Shown here in pieces: positions 25,340 to 37,330 of a stretch of DNA of 64,000 nt. Made by a program: the position numbers and the translations under genes. This DNA is from Lama guanicoe. Lineage: Eukaryota. Every line of letters begins with the position of its first letter. The first letter of the stretch is position 1. Location: the NCBI GenBank assembly GCA_013239625.1, contig MU053994.1:4011434-4075433 (forward strand), in the 5' to 3' direction. A model generated the notes under the pieces. That model saw nothing but the letters and a program-made list of their open reading frames with translations, searched no databases and was not told the origin of the DNA.

Positions 25340-26505
25340 TGATGACACTTAAATTTATCAAGCCAAGACCTATTTATTGAATTCCAAAGTTGTAATGTCC
25401 AACTATATACTCAATATTTCCACTTGAAAATCACCCCAAATTCAATATGTCCAAGACTGAACTTACCAACCTGATTTTATGGCTACTCCCCACTGTCTTC
25501 CAGTAAAGAAAAGTAAATGTAACTCTGTCTCTTCTAGACTTTCCTATTTTAGTAAATTTTACTTTTATCAATCCAGTGTCTCAAGGAAGAAACACAGAAG
25601 TAGATACATCTCTTTTCTCAATCCAGTTTCTTATTTATCACCAAATCCTGTTGATTTTACCTCTTAACATCTCATAGCTCTGTCCACTTCTCTCCACCAC
25701 CCACTGCCCTAAACCAAACCACTATTGTATTTCATTTGAACTGCTACAAAAGCTTATAAAGTAGTCTCCAGACATCAATACTGACCCCTATCCAATCCAT
25801 AATTTATCCTGAAAACAGGATAGACACAAATGTGATCATGTATTTTTTAAATTCATTACTCTATCCTCAGCATCAAGAAGACTACCTGGCAACAGTAAGC
25901 ACTCTAATTATTTGCTGAAAACATAAATGAACATCTCCTCCTTCCTTAAGAGGTTGAAGACCAATATTGTTGACATGGCCTATATGATGCTGCTGTATCA
26001 CTTGTCCCTGCCTAGTGCTCCCATATCATCTCTTATCAGTGTCCCTCCCAAGGGCTGCTTTCTTTGTAACACAAAGTAACTCTTTGTGCCGCAACCAGAC
26101 TGGGCTTCTTTAAGGTTCTCAAATCCTTTCCCCTCTCACTAAAGGGTCTTTGCATATACCATCTCCTTGGTCTGAATTTGGAGTCCTCCTTCACTTGATG
26201 AATTCTTACCCTTCCTTCAACTTTTAGGTCGCGTGCTACCTCCTCAAGAAAGCCCATCCTCTCTGCACCCCCAGGCTGAAACAGTTTTCTTTGTAATTTA
26301 CCTAAGAGGCTCACACCCCTTTCTTTCACATTTTTCTCCATTTGGAATTATGTATTCATCAGTGTGATCAATTGATTAATGTCTGTTTTCTCATTGAAAT
26401 GAGATTGAAATGCTCCAAGAGAGCAGGGAATGTCTTCTTTTGCTCACTGTCACCTAGCACCATGCCTGGCCTATAACTGGAATGCTATAAATGTTAACTA
26501 AATGA
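25340..26505 (+). mobile_element. L2 3' region
   Basis: CAAATTCAATATGTCCAAGACTGAACT, TCACCAAATCCTGTTGATTTTACCTC and CCTAGCACCATGCCTGGC..TAAATGTT. Confidence 0.85.
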
Positions 26506-27859
26506 GGCAAACACTTTCTTGAGAAACTAATTATTAACTAAGTGTATGATTATTTTACAGAACCTCTAAATATCATTGCAAGTAAAGTCACAATTTTGGC
26601 ACAGTTATGGTATCCTCTACTTTGTATCATTCCTTTCCCTCAGTAGAGTGCAGTCTACTATAGACGGTGGTGGTGGTGGTGGTGTTTTAATTGAGTTATT
26701 TATCACCATAGGGAAGACAGTAATGAAGGCATTCATTTAGAATACAAGCTGCAAATAGACAGAATCCTGACTTCTTTTCTGTTTATGAAGTTAAAACTTA
26801 CGAAGCTTAGCATTTATAACTGTCATCAGGTAGGAAAACACTTTTAATTCTCATTTTGGGACCTAGGAGAAAATGAACTAGGTAAAAGCAAATAGAATCA
26901 GCCATGAAGTTGAAGGGCTTGATTTTTCACTCTGCCAACTGTCTGAGGGGGGAAGTATTTAATTCAGCTAGTGAGTCAACACATCAGTCTAATTCTCTAA
27001 ATCTGGTTATTTTCCTTTGCAAAATGTATTTGTTCTCTCTACCACAAAAGCATATTTGCAGAAGGCGTTGACTATGAAATTCTCTTTGCCACAGTTATTG
27101 AAAAAGAATATACGGAGCCCATAATAATTAGACAATTGATGTTTTCAAAATAAGATTAAGGTTCTCATTCCCATTCAAAGTCATTCTTTATCAACTGAGC
27201 TATGAAAACTCTCTTCACCCAAAAGAGAACTGAATTTAAGAACTTGTAAAATTTCTCCAAAATAAATCCTGAAGACTTATGACATTTTAGTCATTCAGTG
27301 ACATATTCTCACTGAAAATATTTGGAATTACTAAATATTATTTTACTGTATTTCAGAATTGAAAGTGCCAACTATTTTTTCAACCTTCTGTATGTATCAA
27401 ATGAAGATTTTTTTAAGGCAAGGGAAATAAAACTATGTATTTTTCTTGGTGGGCATCCCAGGTAACCAATATTCTATGTAAGAAGAATTTCCATGTCACT
27501 TTACAGTCCACAACATGCATTGCCTAATTTGATCCTCAGAATAATCCTATGAAGACAGCTAAGGGTTGCCCATCATTATCATAGTAAATGACATGCCCAT
27601 AGTAAATGACAGAGCTAGTATTTCATTCATATCTTCATGTCCCATGCTTTTTCACTCTATGTCATTCTGAAGAAGAGAAGAGGTATCAGTATGTTTAAGT
27701 GATTGGGAAAATAAGCCAGAATAAATTGTTAAAAGTCCCAGAATCTCTAAACTTCAATAAGGGAAGTCTGTCAAGAGGTGATAGTAATTATCAAATGTCT
27801 TCAGATTTCTTGTTCCAGAATGAGAAGAAATAAACTCACCTAAAGAATAAAGTCAAGGT

Positions 27860-28060
27860 CTGTTTATTTATTGGTCACCCAATATATGCTAGGTACTGTC
27901 CAGGGTGCTGGGAATGTGAAGATGGATAAGACATGATCCCCGTACCCTAGGATCTCACAGTCCTTAGGAAGAGATGAACACATAAGCAGATAATGATAAA
28001 TCACTGTGGTTAATGTAGTGAAAGAGATATGTAGAAGGGCTTTGATAACAGGAGGAAACG
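27860..28060 (-). mobile_element. L2 3' end
   Basis: ATTTATTGG...TGCTAGGTACTGT...GATAAGACATGATCCC...CTCACAGTC. Confidence 0.75.
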
Positions 28061-28139
28061 ATATACTTTGGCCTGAAATATGTCAGATTGTTGTCTTGAC
28101 TGAAGATAGCTCCAAAGGCCAACCAGACATATCATCTTG

Positions 28140-28260
28140 ATGCTTTTAGACTGTAAGTTCTGTGAGGACAGGAGGACTTGTCTTACTTATTTTTGTATCC
28201 CCAGCACATAATACATGACTGGTGCTCAGTGTATTAGTTTGTTTAACAAAACTGAACTGC
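28140..28260 (+). mobile_element. L2 3' end
   Basis: TAGACTGTAAGTTCTGTGAGGACAGG...TTTGTATCCCCAGCAC. Confidence 0.75.
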
Positions 28261-29458
28261 CAGGTCAGAGATTCTGAGGAGACTCATGAAATGCTGGTCC
28301 CCCGTCTAGGAAACAAATGACTCTCAGGCCATGTAATGAACGTCTTTTCTATTCTTTAATTTGTCTGACCTTTCTTACAATGAAAGATTTTTAAAAACTG
28401 ACATCTTAAAGAAACCTGTGAAATGTCCTTCTATTAAGACTTTGGGCCACAGACTCTATCCTTTTAAAAAGGTAATCCTACCTGAGAGGGAACTCCCAAG
28501 GTTTCCTCCAGCTCAAGAACCTTTTGACCCTTGTTCTGAATTTCTCTTACTTAATAGGAAAAGTGTTTTCATCTGACAGTCAATGCCTCTCACATTTAAT
28601 GACCTCACATATTATCACTGAAGTTGGTAACACCATAAATTAAATGACCTCTCTTTTAATCAGTTACCAATTCCTGTCAGTTCTGCCTTAAAGTTGACTC
28701 TTGAATCTCTCCTTTTGTTTTTTTTTTAATTGATGCTACCTAGTCATCATCTCTTGCCTAGACATTTTGCATTAACATTCTAATCCCATGACCACAGAGC
28801 TTCCAAGGTGATCTTGAGACTTAATTTAAAAAAAAAAACCTTTGATGGCTCTCTATTGCTAATGGGATAAATTCAATGCCCTTTAGCATAGTTTTCCAGG
28901 CCTTTACTGCCCTGAAAAGTGGATTGAGTTGGCATGAATTTCAGTGGGTTATTTGTAAACAGAACAGTCATGGGCATGATCAGTTACTTCTATAAATTGA
29001 AATCAGTTTATAAAAACACTGTCTTGTATATCTTAATTTCTTACCCCACCAAGTACATAGTTAGAAAACCGAGTTACAAAACTGCTGTGCCTAGGTGCTG
29101 AAAAGACTATCTCTTTGGGAAAACAAAACAAAACAAAACACTGCTGTCTTGGAGAAAGTGGAAGCTATGAAAATAACAGTTTTTTTCTACTAATGGAAGG
29201 GCCCTGCTGCATTCTATGATGGTGATTTGGAAACATTTATTTTAACAGAATTGGGATCATAACCATTTTCATGCATCAACAGAGGTTCAGGAGTCAGCCT
29301 CTTAAACTCTATTGTCAAGACTACTGTCAGTTGAGCCCTGCCTTTAGACTCTCCAGGGTCTGCTGAAATTTTAACTGATGAAAAAAATGAAAACTTTAAA
29401 GATATTGCCTCATTAGAAAAATGCTATGGAGGGCTTACTGTGTTGACTTAACACCTCG

Positions 29459-29460
<2 letters not shown>

Positions 29461-29502
<42 letters not shown>
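29461..29502. repeat. (GT)21 microsatellite
   Basis: Perfect run seen directly. Confidence 0.98.
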
Positions 29503-29506
<4 letters not shown>

Positions 29507-30534
29507 CCTGTCCTTCGCACTCACTAACGCAACACTGCCTTCAACACTGAGACATTTTTGAATTGTTGTCTAAGCAGTCATGGCACACTATCCTGAATCA
29601 TTCACATTCTCCTGCCCTATCCAACGGTCTGGTTTATCTTTAGATACTAAAGAGAGTGTTTTAATAAGAAGGAAAAATTTCTAGTGAGTCAGAGACAATA
29701 AATTGATTAAATTCAAGCCTCTCATTTTTGAAGTTGGAGTCTGTCTGACACAACAGCTGGGGCTTAATTCAGAGGAGATAACTCAGTAGCCTGGGTCTTG
29801 AAAAGTGAGTTATTACAGTTCTCTTCCAAAAAAATATCTGCTACTTCCTTTTATTTCTATGCCTTGACTCCTATTTCAAGATAATAGAAAAACAGTGAAA
29901 GGTAAGGTCAGTTAATATAGCTCTGGGAAGTGTTGGAATGAATGAGGTCTCTTCCTGTTTGCTCTGCTGAGAATGTCTAAGAAGCACTTCTGGCAGAATA
30001 TCTGTGATCTGGGTTTGAGTCCTGTTTCCTCCATGAATGGTTATGAAGTTGATTTACCCATGGGAAGAGGGTTTGGTTGGTTGATATTGTGGAAGGTCTT
30101 TGTCTCTAACATTCTCTACTCTGTGATCTGTTTCTGTAATTCTAGTAAGGATCTCTCTATGGATAATAAAGGGGCCTCCTGGCCCCCTGCACAGTGTGGT
30201 AGAACAGAGGAGAAAAGGGGGAGAGAAGGAAAATACAAAAATGCAACTTGGGCCATAAGATCTTACCACCAATCCTCTCATTTGTGTCTCCATGGGCTTT
30301 TCCAGTCAAGCTTCCTCCAGAACTCAGTAGGGTTTCAGGTGTAGGTCTGATCCTGTACTTCTAAGGGAAACAGTCTGAAGCTTAGGACTGGGGGGAAGAG
30401 TGGGCATAATGGTGGTAAGAGGAGGCAGATCCCTTCAGATGGTAGGTCCCCTCATAGGTAGAACACATGATTAGCACCAAAGGTAGAGCAGAGCTTGAGG
30501 TGATCAAGAATGAAAAACATCCTTGTGCTCACGA

Positions 30535-30760
30535 TAATAATTACCAGGTATTGTTTGTTTACTGTGTGCTGGGACTACGCTAAATGCTTTAATTGTATTA
30601 ACTGATTGAGTCCCCTCAGTAACCCTGTGAGTTAAATATTAGTAATCACACATGATGAAACTGAGGTTAACAGTGACAAAATACTTTGCCTAAGGTCTTA
30701 TAACTAATAAGGGATAGAAACAGGATTTAAATTCTGGTATGACTATATTCTTAACCACTC
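30535..30760 (-). mobile_element. MIR SINE
   Basis: AACCCTGTGAG...GATGAAACTGAGG...TTGCCTAAGGTC...CTTAACCACT. Confidence 0.8.
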
Positions 30761-31069
30761 TTCCCTATACTTGCTTTACATGGCTATGAACTGATTTTTC
30801 CCTTTATTCAAAATTGTCATGATAACAGATGTTGCTTAAAACAAATGGGGTTTGGAAATAATTCATCAGAAAGTTTTTTGCCACTGGAGACACAGATATG
30901 CAAATATTGGAAATAACTGAAAAAGAGTCTGCAGAGTGTGTGTATAAGCATGGATATGAGCGGAGATTGTGGGGGCCCCCAAGAGTGAGTCATCAGGGTC
31001 TACCAGCCTTGTGCCACTAAATTCTGGTTACTCTGATCCAGGGACTCCTAGTTCTTTCCATTAAGTCGT

Positions 31070-32670
31070 TTATTCACTTTTATTTATTCACATATTTAAA
31101 CATTCATTTACTCAATAAATATTTATTGAGTGCCTACTAGTGCCAGACTCTATTCTAGGAGTTGAGGTGGGGAGTACATCAAGAAACAAAAAAGTCAAAT
31201 ATCCTTTCATTCATTGGGCTCAAATTCTAGTACAGGAAGACAGGTATAAGCAAAATAAGTAAAATAAGGGATAGATTTGAAAACAACAGGTGCTACAGAG
31301 GAAAAATAAAATCAGAAAGTACTGAAAGGGTGTTGTGATTTTAAATAGGCTAGTCATGGAAAGCCTGAGAAAGTAAGAGGTGAGCAAAACCTAAAGACTG
31401 AGAGAGCCATGTATATATCTGAGGGAAGACTATTTCAGGCAGGGAGACTAGATAGTGCAAATGCCCTTAGATGGTGGCCCATGTCTCTATATTGAGGGAA
31501 CATCAAGGGAGATGGTATAACTGAAGTAGCATAAGAAAGGTTGAGAGTAGTAGAGGTATGGATCAGAGTGGCAATAAGGGACTAGATTGTGACCTTAGAG
31601 GCCATTGTAATGACTTTAGCTTTTATTCTGAGTCAATGACTTTAGCTTTTATTCTGAGAAGTCATTGGACATTTTGAGCAGACAACTGACATGATCTGCC
31701 ATGTTTTAAAAAGACATTCTGACTTCTGTGTTGAGAATACATCGGAGAGGGCTAAGGATGGAAGCAAGTAGACCAATTGACTTAAAAGTCTTTTGCGATA
31801 ACCCAAACGAGAGATGATGCCTCTATTAGTTTCCCATTGCTGCTTTAACAAATTACCGCAGACTTAGTGGCCTAAAATGTATTTAGTGACACAGATTTAT
31901 TATCTGGCAGGTTTGTAGGTCAGTAGTCAGCTACAGGTTCACAGTACAAAAATCAAGGTATTGGCAGGCTGTGTTCCTTTCTGGAAGCTCTGGAGGAGGC
32001 GGGATTTATTTCCTGCTCATTCAGGTTGTTGACAGAATACAGTTCCTTGTGGTGTGGGACTGAGGTCCCTATTTTCTTGCTGACTGTAAGCTGAGGGCTA
32101 TTCCCAGCTTGTAAAGATCTCTCTCCCTCCAGTCCTTGCATAGGGCCCGTTACATCTCAGAACCAGCCAGTTTCAGGGTGTTGAATCTTTATCACGCTAT
32201 CATATCTCTAACACTTCTTCCATTGTCACATCTTTCTCTGACCCACCTGCAAAAGATTCTCTGCTTTTTGGAATTCTTGTGATTAGATTGAACCAGACAA
32301 TCCAGGTAATCTCCCTATTTAAAGGTTTGCACCCTTGATCACATCTGCAAAATCCCTTTTGCAATGTAAGGTAACATTCATAGGTTCTAGGGATTAGAAT
32401 GTGGATATAATTGCTGAGGGTCGGGGCGACAGTATTCTGCCTATTACAGTGCCAGTATGGATCAGGATAGAATTGGTGGGAAATACTAAGTAAATTCTAG
32501 ACGTATTTTAAAAGTAGAAATAATAGTCTCCCATTTTGTTCATAGTATGTTGGTTTTTTTCTTGATTGAAAGAGAAAATTCAAGGATGACTCTAAGTTTT
32601 TTGGCCTGAATAATGAGAATGACTGGATTTCCATTAACTGAGTTGGAGAAGACTTCATGAGGAGGTTTGG
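31070..32670 (-). mobile_element. L2 (L2a-like) 3' region, interrupted by an MLT1 LTR
   Basis: CATTCATTTACTCAATAAATATTTATTGAGTGCCTACTAGTGCCAG start. It resumes after 32448 with TCAAGGATGACTCTAAGTTTTTTGGCCTGA. Confidence 0.88.
31822..32448 (-). mobile_element. MaLR solo LTR (MLT1E-like)
   Basis: TCTATTAGTTTCCCATTGCTGC...ATCACATCTGCAAAATCCCTTTTGC...ATTCTGCCTATTACA. The 5-bp TSD is ATGCC/GTGCC. Confidence 0.88.
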
Positions 32671-32676
32671 AAGGTC

Positions 32677-33310
32677 TGTCTGTCAGGATGAGTACGATTG
32701 TGCTGCAGTAACGGACGATCCTAAAATCTCAGTGGTTTTTATAAAAGACATGACAGACACATTTTTCATTTGGTCCTTACTTCAAAATTGAATTTTAAAG
32801 GCCTTTGTGGATTAAAGGTGTTCCCAGTTTTATATTTGATAGTCGGTGGTGAAAACCATTTGCATCTTCCAACCCTGCAAGTCTCTGAATTTTTTGAACT
32901 CTTTCTATTCTCTCTCATTCCTGCTTCAGAGTGAACAAGTCTTTTCAGAGCTCATCTTTTTCTTCAGGTACATTGTTAAATACAGCCAATAATAACTTAG
33001 ACATGCTACTAAAGTTCTGTTTTCCACTATTTTCAACCATAAAGCAACAAACTCATTAAGGACATCATCTGTCTTTTTCATTATTGCAGGCAGTGATTTT
33101 GCCAGACTTTTCAGCACTGCATACTATAGACCACTATCCCTTACATACTGTGGTAATATATTTTTTTTCCTCTTGCTACCTGGCCCTGAAGCCAATGCCA
33201 CATTATTTTGCTCTCATAGCAGCACCCCATTTCAGGCACCAATTTCTCTATCAGATAGAATAGACCAGGTTATGTGGTGGCATCAAATGACCGCAAAAAT
33301 ACAATGATAT
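32677..33310 (-). mobile_element. Old MLT1 (J/K-like) LTR ends with an MLT1-internal remnant
   Basis: TGCTGCAGTAAC..CTAAAATCTCAGTGG at about 32700. GCCAATGCCACAT...AGCAGCACCCCA...CACCAATTTCT is followed by a second LTR end at about 33250. Confidence 0.55.
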
Positions 33311-33730
33311 TTCCAAGAGGATCGGCTCACCTTTATTCATGTGCTGCCTCCACTGATTTTGTTACTTACTTCACTTCTGTGACTCAGTTTCCTCATATTT
33401 TAAAAGAAGGGCTTCAGACTCTAAAGTTTTTGTGTACCTAAATAGTTCCATATCTCACTTGGTGGTGGGGAGGGTTTGAGGGACTCTTTGGTCAATTCTT
33501 GGGGAGATGGAGCCCTTTAGATTTTTCCACTTTCACCAGCATTTTCCAGACATTTTCCTCCAAAGTTCTTCTCTGACAATAACATTGCTCTATACATGGA
33601 TAGATTGGACTGTGATTCATATCACTGAGAAGCAGCATTTTTGCCATTGAAATCACTTGACTGTTCCTCATTTTACCCCCACATTTTGTCTCTCTTATGG
33701 GAAGATGTTCTCCTGGAACCTGGACGTCTT

Positions 33731-33772
33731 TTTTTTTTTAATTGAAGTATAGTTGATTTACAGCGTTGTGTT
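33731..33772 (-). mobile_element. Extremely truncated L1 3' end (about 42 bp) with 10-bp TSD
   Basis: Poly-T plus AATTGAAGTATAGTTGATTTACAGCGTTGTGTT, flanked by TGGACGTCTT and TGGACATCTT. Confidence 0.9.
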
Positions 33773-33859
33773 TGGACATCTTAATATGTATGATTCAATT
33801 GATGTGCATGAATCAGTGGATTCATTGAAGTGTGGCACAGCAAGCTGGGAGCTTTAGGA

Positions 33860-34175
33860 GCAGAACACCTTCCCATTGTGTTGTCAGGCTTAGCCAAATG
33901 ACTTGTCTTGACCAGTAAATTGCTGTAAGAGAAATGATGTAAATCACCTTAGGCAGAAGCTTCAAGAGCCCATATGAGGCTCTTTTTTCCTTCTGTCCTG
34001 GTGACTGACAACATCCATACTGGCTGCTCCAACAGCTATGACTTAAAGTGAGGATGATGGCAACAGCATGGCCCCAAATCACCCTTCTAGAATTGTCACA
34101 GAAGTGAGAAATCATAGGCTACCGGGGCTTGGAGATTGTTACTATGATATCCCTTAGCTTTTCCTGATTGGCATA
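33860..34175 (+). mobile_element. Old MaLR LTR (MLT1I/J-like)
   Basis: TGACTTGTCTTGACCAGT...GGCAGAAGCTTCAAGAGCC...GGAGATTGTTACT. Confidence 0.6.
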
Positions 34176-35349
34176 AAGGCTCGATATTCTTCTGTTGAGT
34201 GCAGGATTGTGCAATTCACCAAAGACGGAAGAGTTGCTACCAACAACACCCACTTCTTTAATTTTAACATAGGGTGATATATTTACAGAAACGATTATCT
34301 CTTTAGCTTTATTTCCCCCTTTCTTCCTCCCCTTCCATTATTCTTTTTCTGTGTTGTTACTATGGCTCTTTATCTATCATGTTAGAGGTTCTAAGATTCT
34401 TTTCTTCTGTAGGAAAAGAGTCACCCATGCTTGGCCCAAGAATCTACAGGATCACATATCATCTCTTTCATTACAGGCATTGAGACATTTTTTAAACACA
34501 TATTATTCAACAAATGATGGGCTTAGTTCCAGTGCATAATAAAAAAAATAGAAAGCCCAATGCATTTTCTGCCTATGCTTGTAGAAACAGACAACCGGTG
34601 ATTTATTTTACAATAATAAAAAAGTATTTATGCTGTGATTCATGTCTAATGCAGTGTCATTATTCTGTGGCTGTGCTAACTGTAGAGGAAAAGTTGTTTA
34701 TAGTCACAGACAGAGCGTCAGACTGAGACCCAAGAGTTATTCCAAGAATGGTGACAAGAACAGCATGTGTTAGAAGAAACTGCCCAGCTGGAAGGAGGAT
34801 TGTGTGAAGTAGAAGTAACCTAAATATTCTATTATCTTCTGTGCCTTTCGTCTCTCAAGGGACAATTTCTTTTGTCTAGTCTTTATTGGAGCAGCTAGTT
34901 CCTTCAAATTCCACTATTTAATGGTGACTTTCTTAAACATCTAAGTTTGCAATGGAGTCATTCTCCAAAGATTCCTTTGAGATTACCACAGAAGAAGATG
35001 TGTATATAGCTAGCTTGAGAATACACATACCAGTACGGACAGATCTGGACCAGTCACAGAACATGAAGACCCAGTGTATAGTCTGCCCGCTTGACCACTT
35101 CTAACAAAGCCTTATTTTTTAATTTCCCTGAGATCAAAAGAACAAAGTTTCTGGAATAATGCTAAGGGACTCAATTTTCCTGCAGAAAGCCACACTTTTT
35201 CAAAATAATATATATAGCAAACACTCATGTCATCTCGTCCTAGATAACAGAATGATTAATAATTTTTATATTTCCTTCTAGCTTTTGTATGTTTTTTTTA
35301 TAAATCACACATGTTATATATGCATGTTTTATTTTTAGGAAAAAAAATA

Positions 35350-36080
35350 GTGACATTTAAAACCCCCTTTTGACCACATCTCTAGACTCATTGCCCTCTC
35401 TCTGTTTCCCAGAGACAACACTGGGATGAGTTTGATAGTCATCCTTTTTAATACTTCTAAATACATCAGTAGAAATCCAGAAACAAGACATAATGTTTCT
35501 ATGGGTTTTGAAAATAAATTTTATGTAAGGAATCATTCTATACATTTCATTCTGCAGCTTTTTAAAAAATTTAATATTAAGTATTCTAGACTTATCCCTA
35601 TTGATTCATATACCTCTAGTCTCCCCCCCCCCCACCTTTATTTTTTTATCTAGACAGCAGTACATTGTATGAGGATACCATATTTTATCCATTTCTTTAT
35701 GAATGGGCATTTGGGTTATTCCTAATTTTTTTTTTTTGCTATTTCTGGCAATGCAGTAATAAACATCCATTTGTGTGTCCTCTCATGTGCATGTGCAAAT
35801 GTTTCTCTATGGTGTGTACCCTAAAATGGAGATGCTGGGTTATAGAGTTAGCACCTTTCTAATTTTACTATCGCACTGTTCTAGTTTATGTACCCATAAG
35901 CATGGTATGAGATTATCTGTTTACTCATCCTTCTCCTCCATACCGGTGATTGTCACACTTTTTAATTATGGTTAGTCTGATGAGTAAAAGATGTTCTTTC
36001 ATTTTAGTTTTAATTTCCCTGATTACTGCTGAGATTGGACATCTTTTCATATATTTATTGGCCATTTGTGTTTCCTCTGG
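35350..36080 (-). mobile_element. Old L1ME-like 3' fragment
   Basis: GGGCATTTGGGTTATTCCT and ATTTCCCTGATTACT...ATCTTTTCATATATTTATTGGCCATTTG. Confidence 0.8.
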
Positions 36081-36519
36081 ATTCATTATATGCCAAAATT
36101 ATCTCTGCTGATTTTTTTCTTGCACACACAAAAAAGTACACTCAAAAGTATTTATACATAAAAAGAAGCCATAGGGAAGGGAAAATCGTCTTTAGCCTTG
36201 TTTACTAGAGCAGTTCTCCTGAATCTACATGAAAATAAGGACTTCACTGCAATTTCATTCTGGAAAGAGGAGACTAAGGTACCACATTCACTTACTGCCT
36301 AGATAAGTTAGTCACAAATCACCTTCAAAACTGAAACAAATTCTATGTAACTTCCTTTAGAATTGACACATTAACATGCTTTGAGTGAGTATCACTATGT
36401 TATGGCTAAAACATGGGCTTTGTAGTCAGAAGGAGCTGACTTCCTGTTTTGGCTACATCAATTTCTACCTGGAGGAAACTTGGGAAGACCGTTTTGTGTC
36501 TCTGAGCCTCCAGGGTATT

Positions 36520-37330
36520 TTCTTACTTTTCTTCATGCTTTCCAGCACCTGGCTCTGAGTTCCCTTCTCCATTCCCTTCCTTGTTATCATTTTTCATGAA
36601 TTCACCATCCATGTTCATGACAATTTTACAGCCTGGCTTCACAATCTTGAACTTTGCCATTTTGATACCCTTTGTCTCCCTGCTACTTCAGTGACCCATT
36701 AGCATTGTCTTACATGGAACCATGTTATTACTTATGAACCACCTCCAAGAACTCCAACTCCGAGCTTCTTTCTGTTCAAAACATAACTGCTGTTTCATTT
36801 TTGACCCTTCTCTTTAATTTTCATAGTGTCTTCCACCCTACTGGTCCTGCCCTCTCTTTACAAGTGTTTAGCTTCCTTTCCCTTCACCAGCCTGTCCGTA
36901 ACTCTGGAGACTTGTTCAACAATGCCTTCTCTCTCCAGAGCTCCCCGGTCTTTCCACTATATCCACCTTGTCAGTCTTCAGTCCTGGGCACATCCTGCAG
37001 TCAGTGAGCACTGCTCTCCCCATCACAAGCTATTTGACACCAGGATGATTCGATTAACTATAGCAGCAGTTCCCCAACTTTGGGTCCTGGACCAGCAGCA
37101 TCCACATCACCTAAAAACTTGTTAGAAATGCAAATTCTCAGGCCTCACCCTAGACCTACTGAATTAGAAACTCTGGGGCAGAGACCTAACACCCTGTGTT
37201 CAGCATACCCTCTGGGTGATTCTGGTGAAGGCTGATATTTGGGAACCAACGTTCTATAGATTCCTGACCTCAGCTGAACCTTCTTGACAATTCTTTGATT
37301 TATCCTTCAGTTGAATGCCTATATGCCAAA
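36520..37330 (+). mobile_element. L2 internal fragment; probably resumes at about 44700-44860 after the large L1
   Basis: TTCACCATCCATGTTCATGA and C/T-rich L2 ORF2 texture. CTCAAATTCAATATGT...GAACT appears at about 44775. Confidence 0.55.
37064..37251 (+). mobile_element. MER5A, full length (about 188 bp)
   Basis: CAGCAGTTCCCCAAC...GTTAGAAATGCAAATTCTCAGGC...GGGAACCAACG. The 8-bp TSD is AACTATAG/TTCTATAG. Confidence 0.92.

Noticed and set aside
29973..30344. Longest ORF in the track (123 aa)
   Set aside because: It has no recognisable domain or coding-like composition and no supporting exon structure. The length is compatible with chance in 64 kb.
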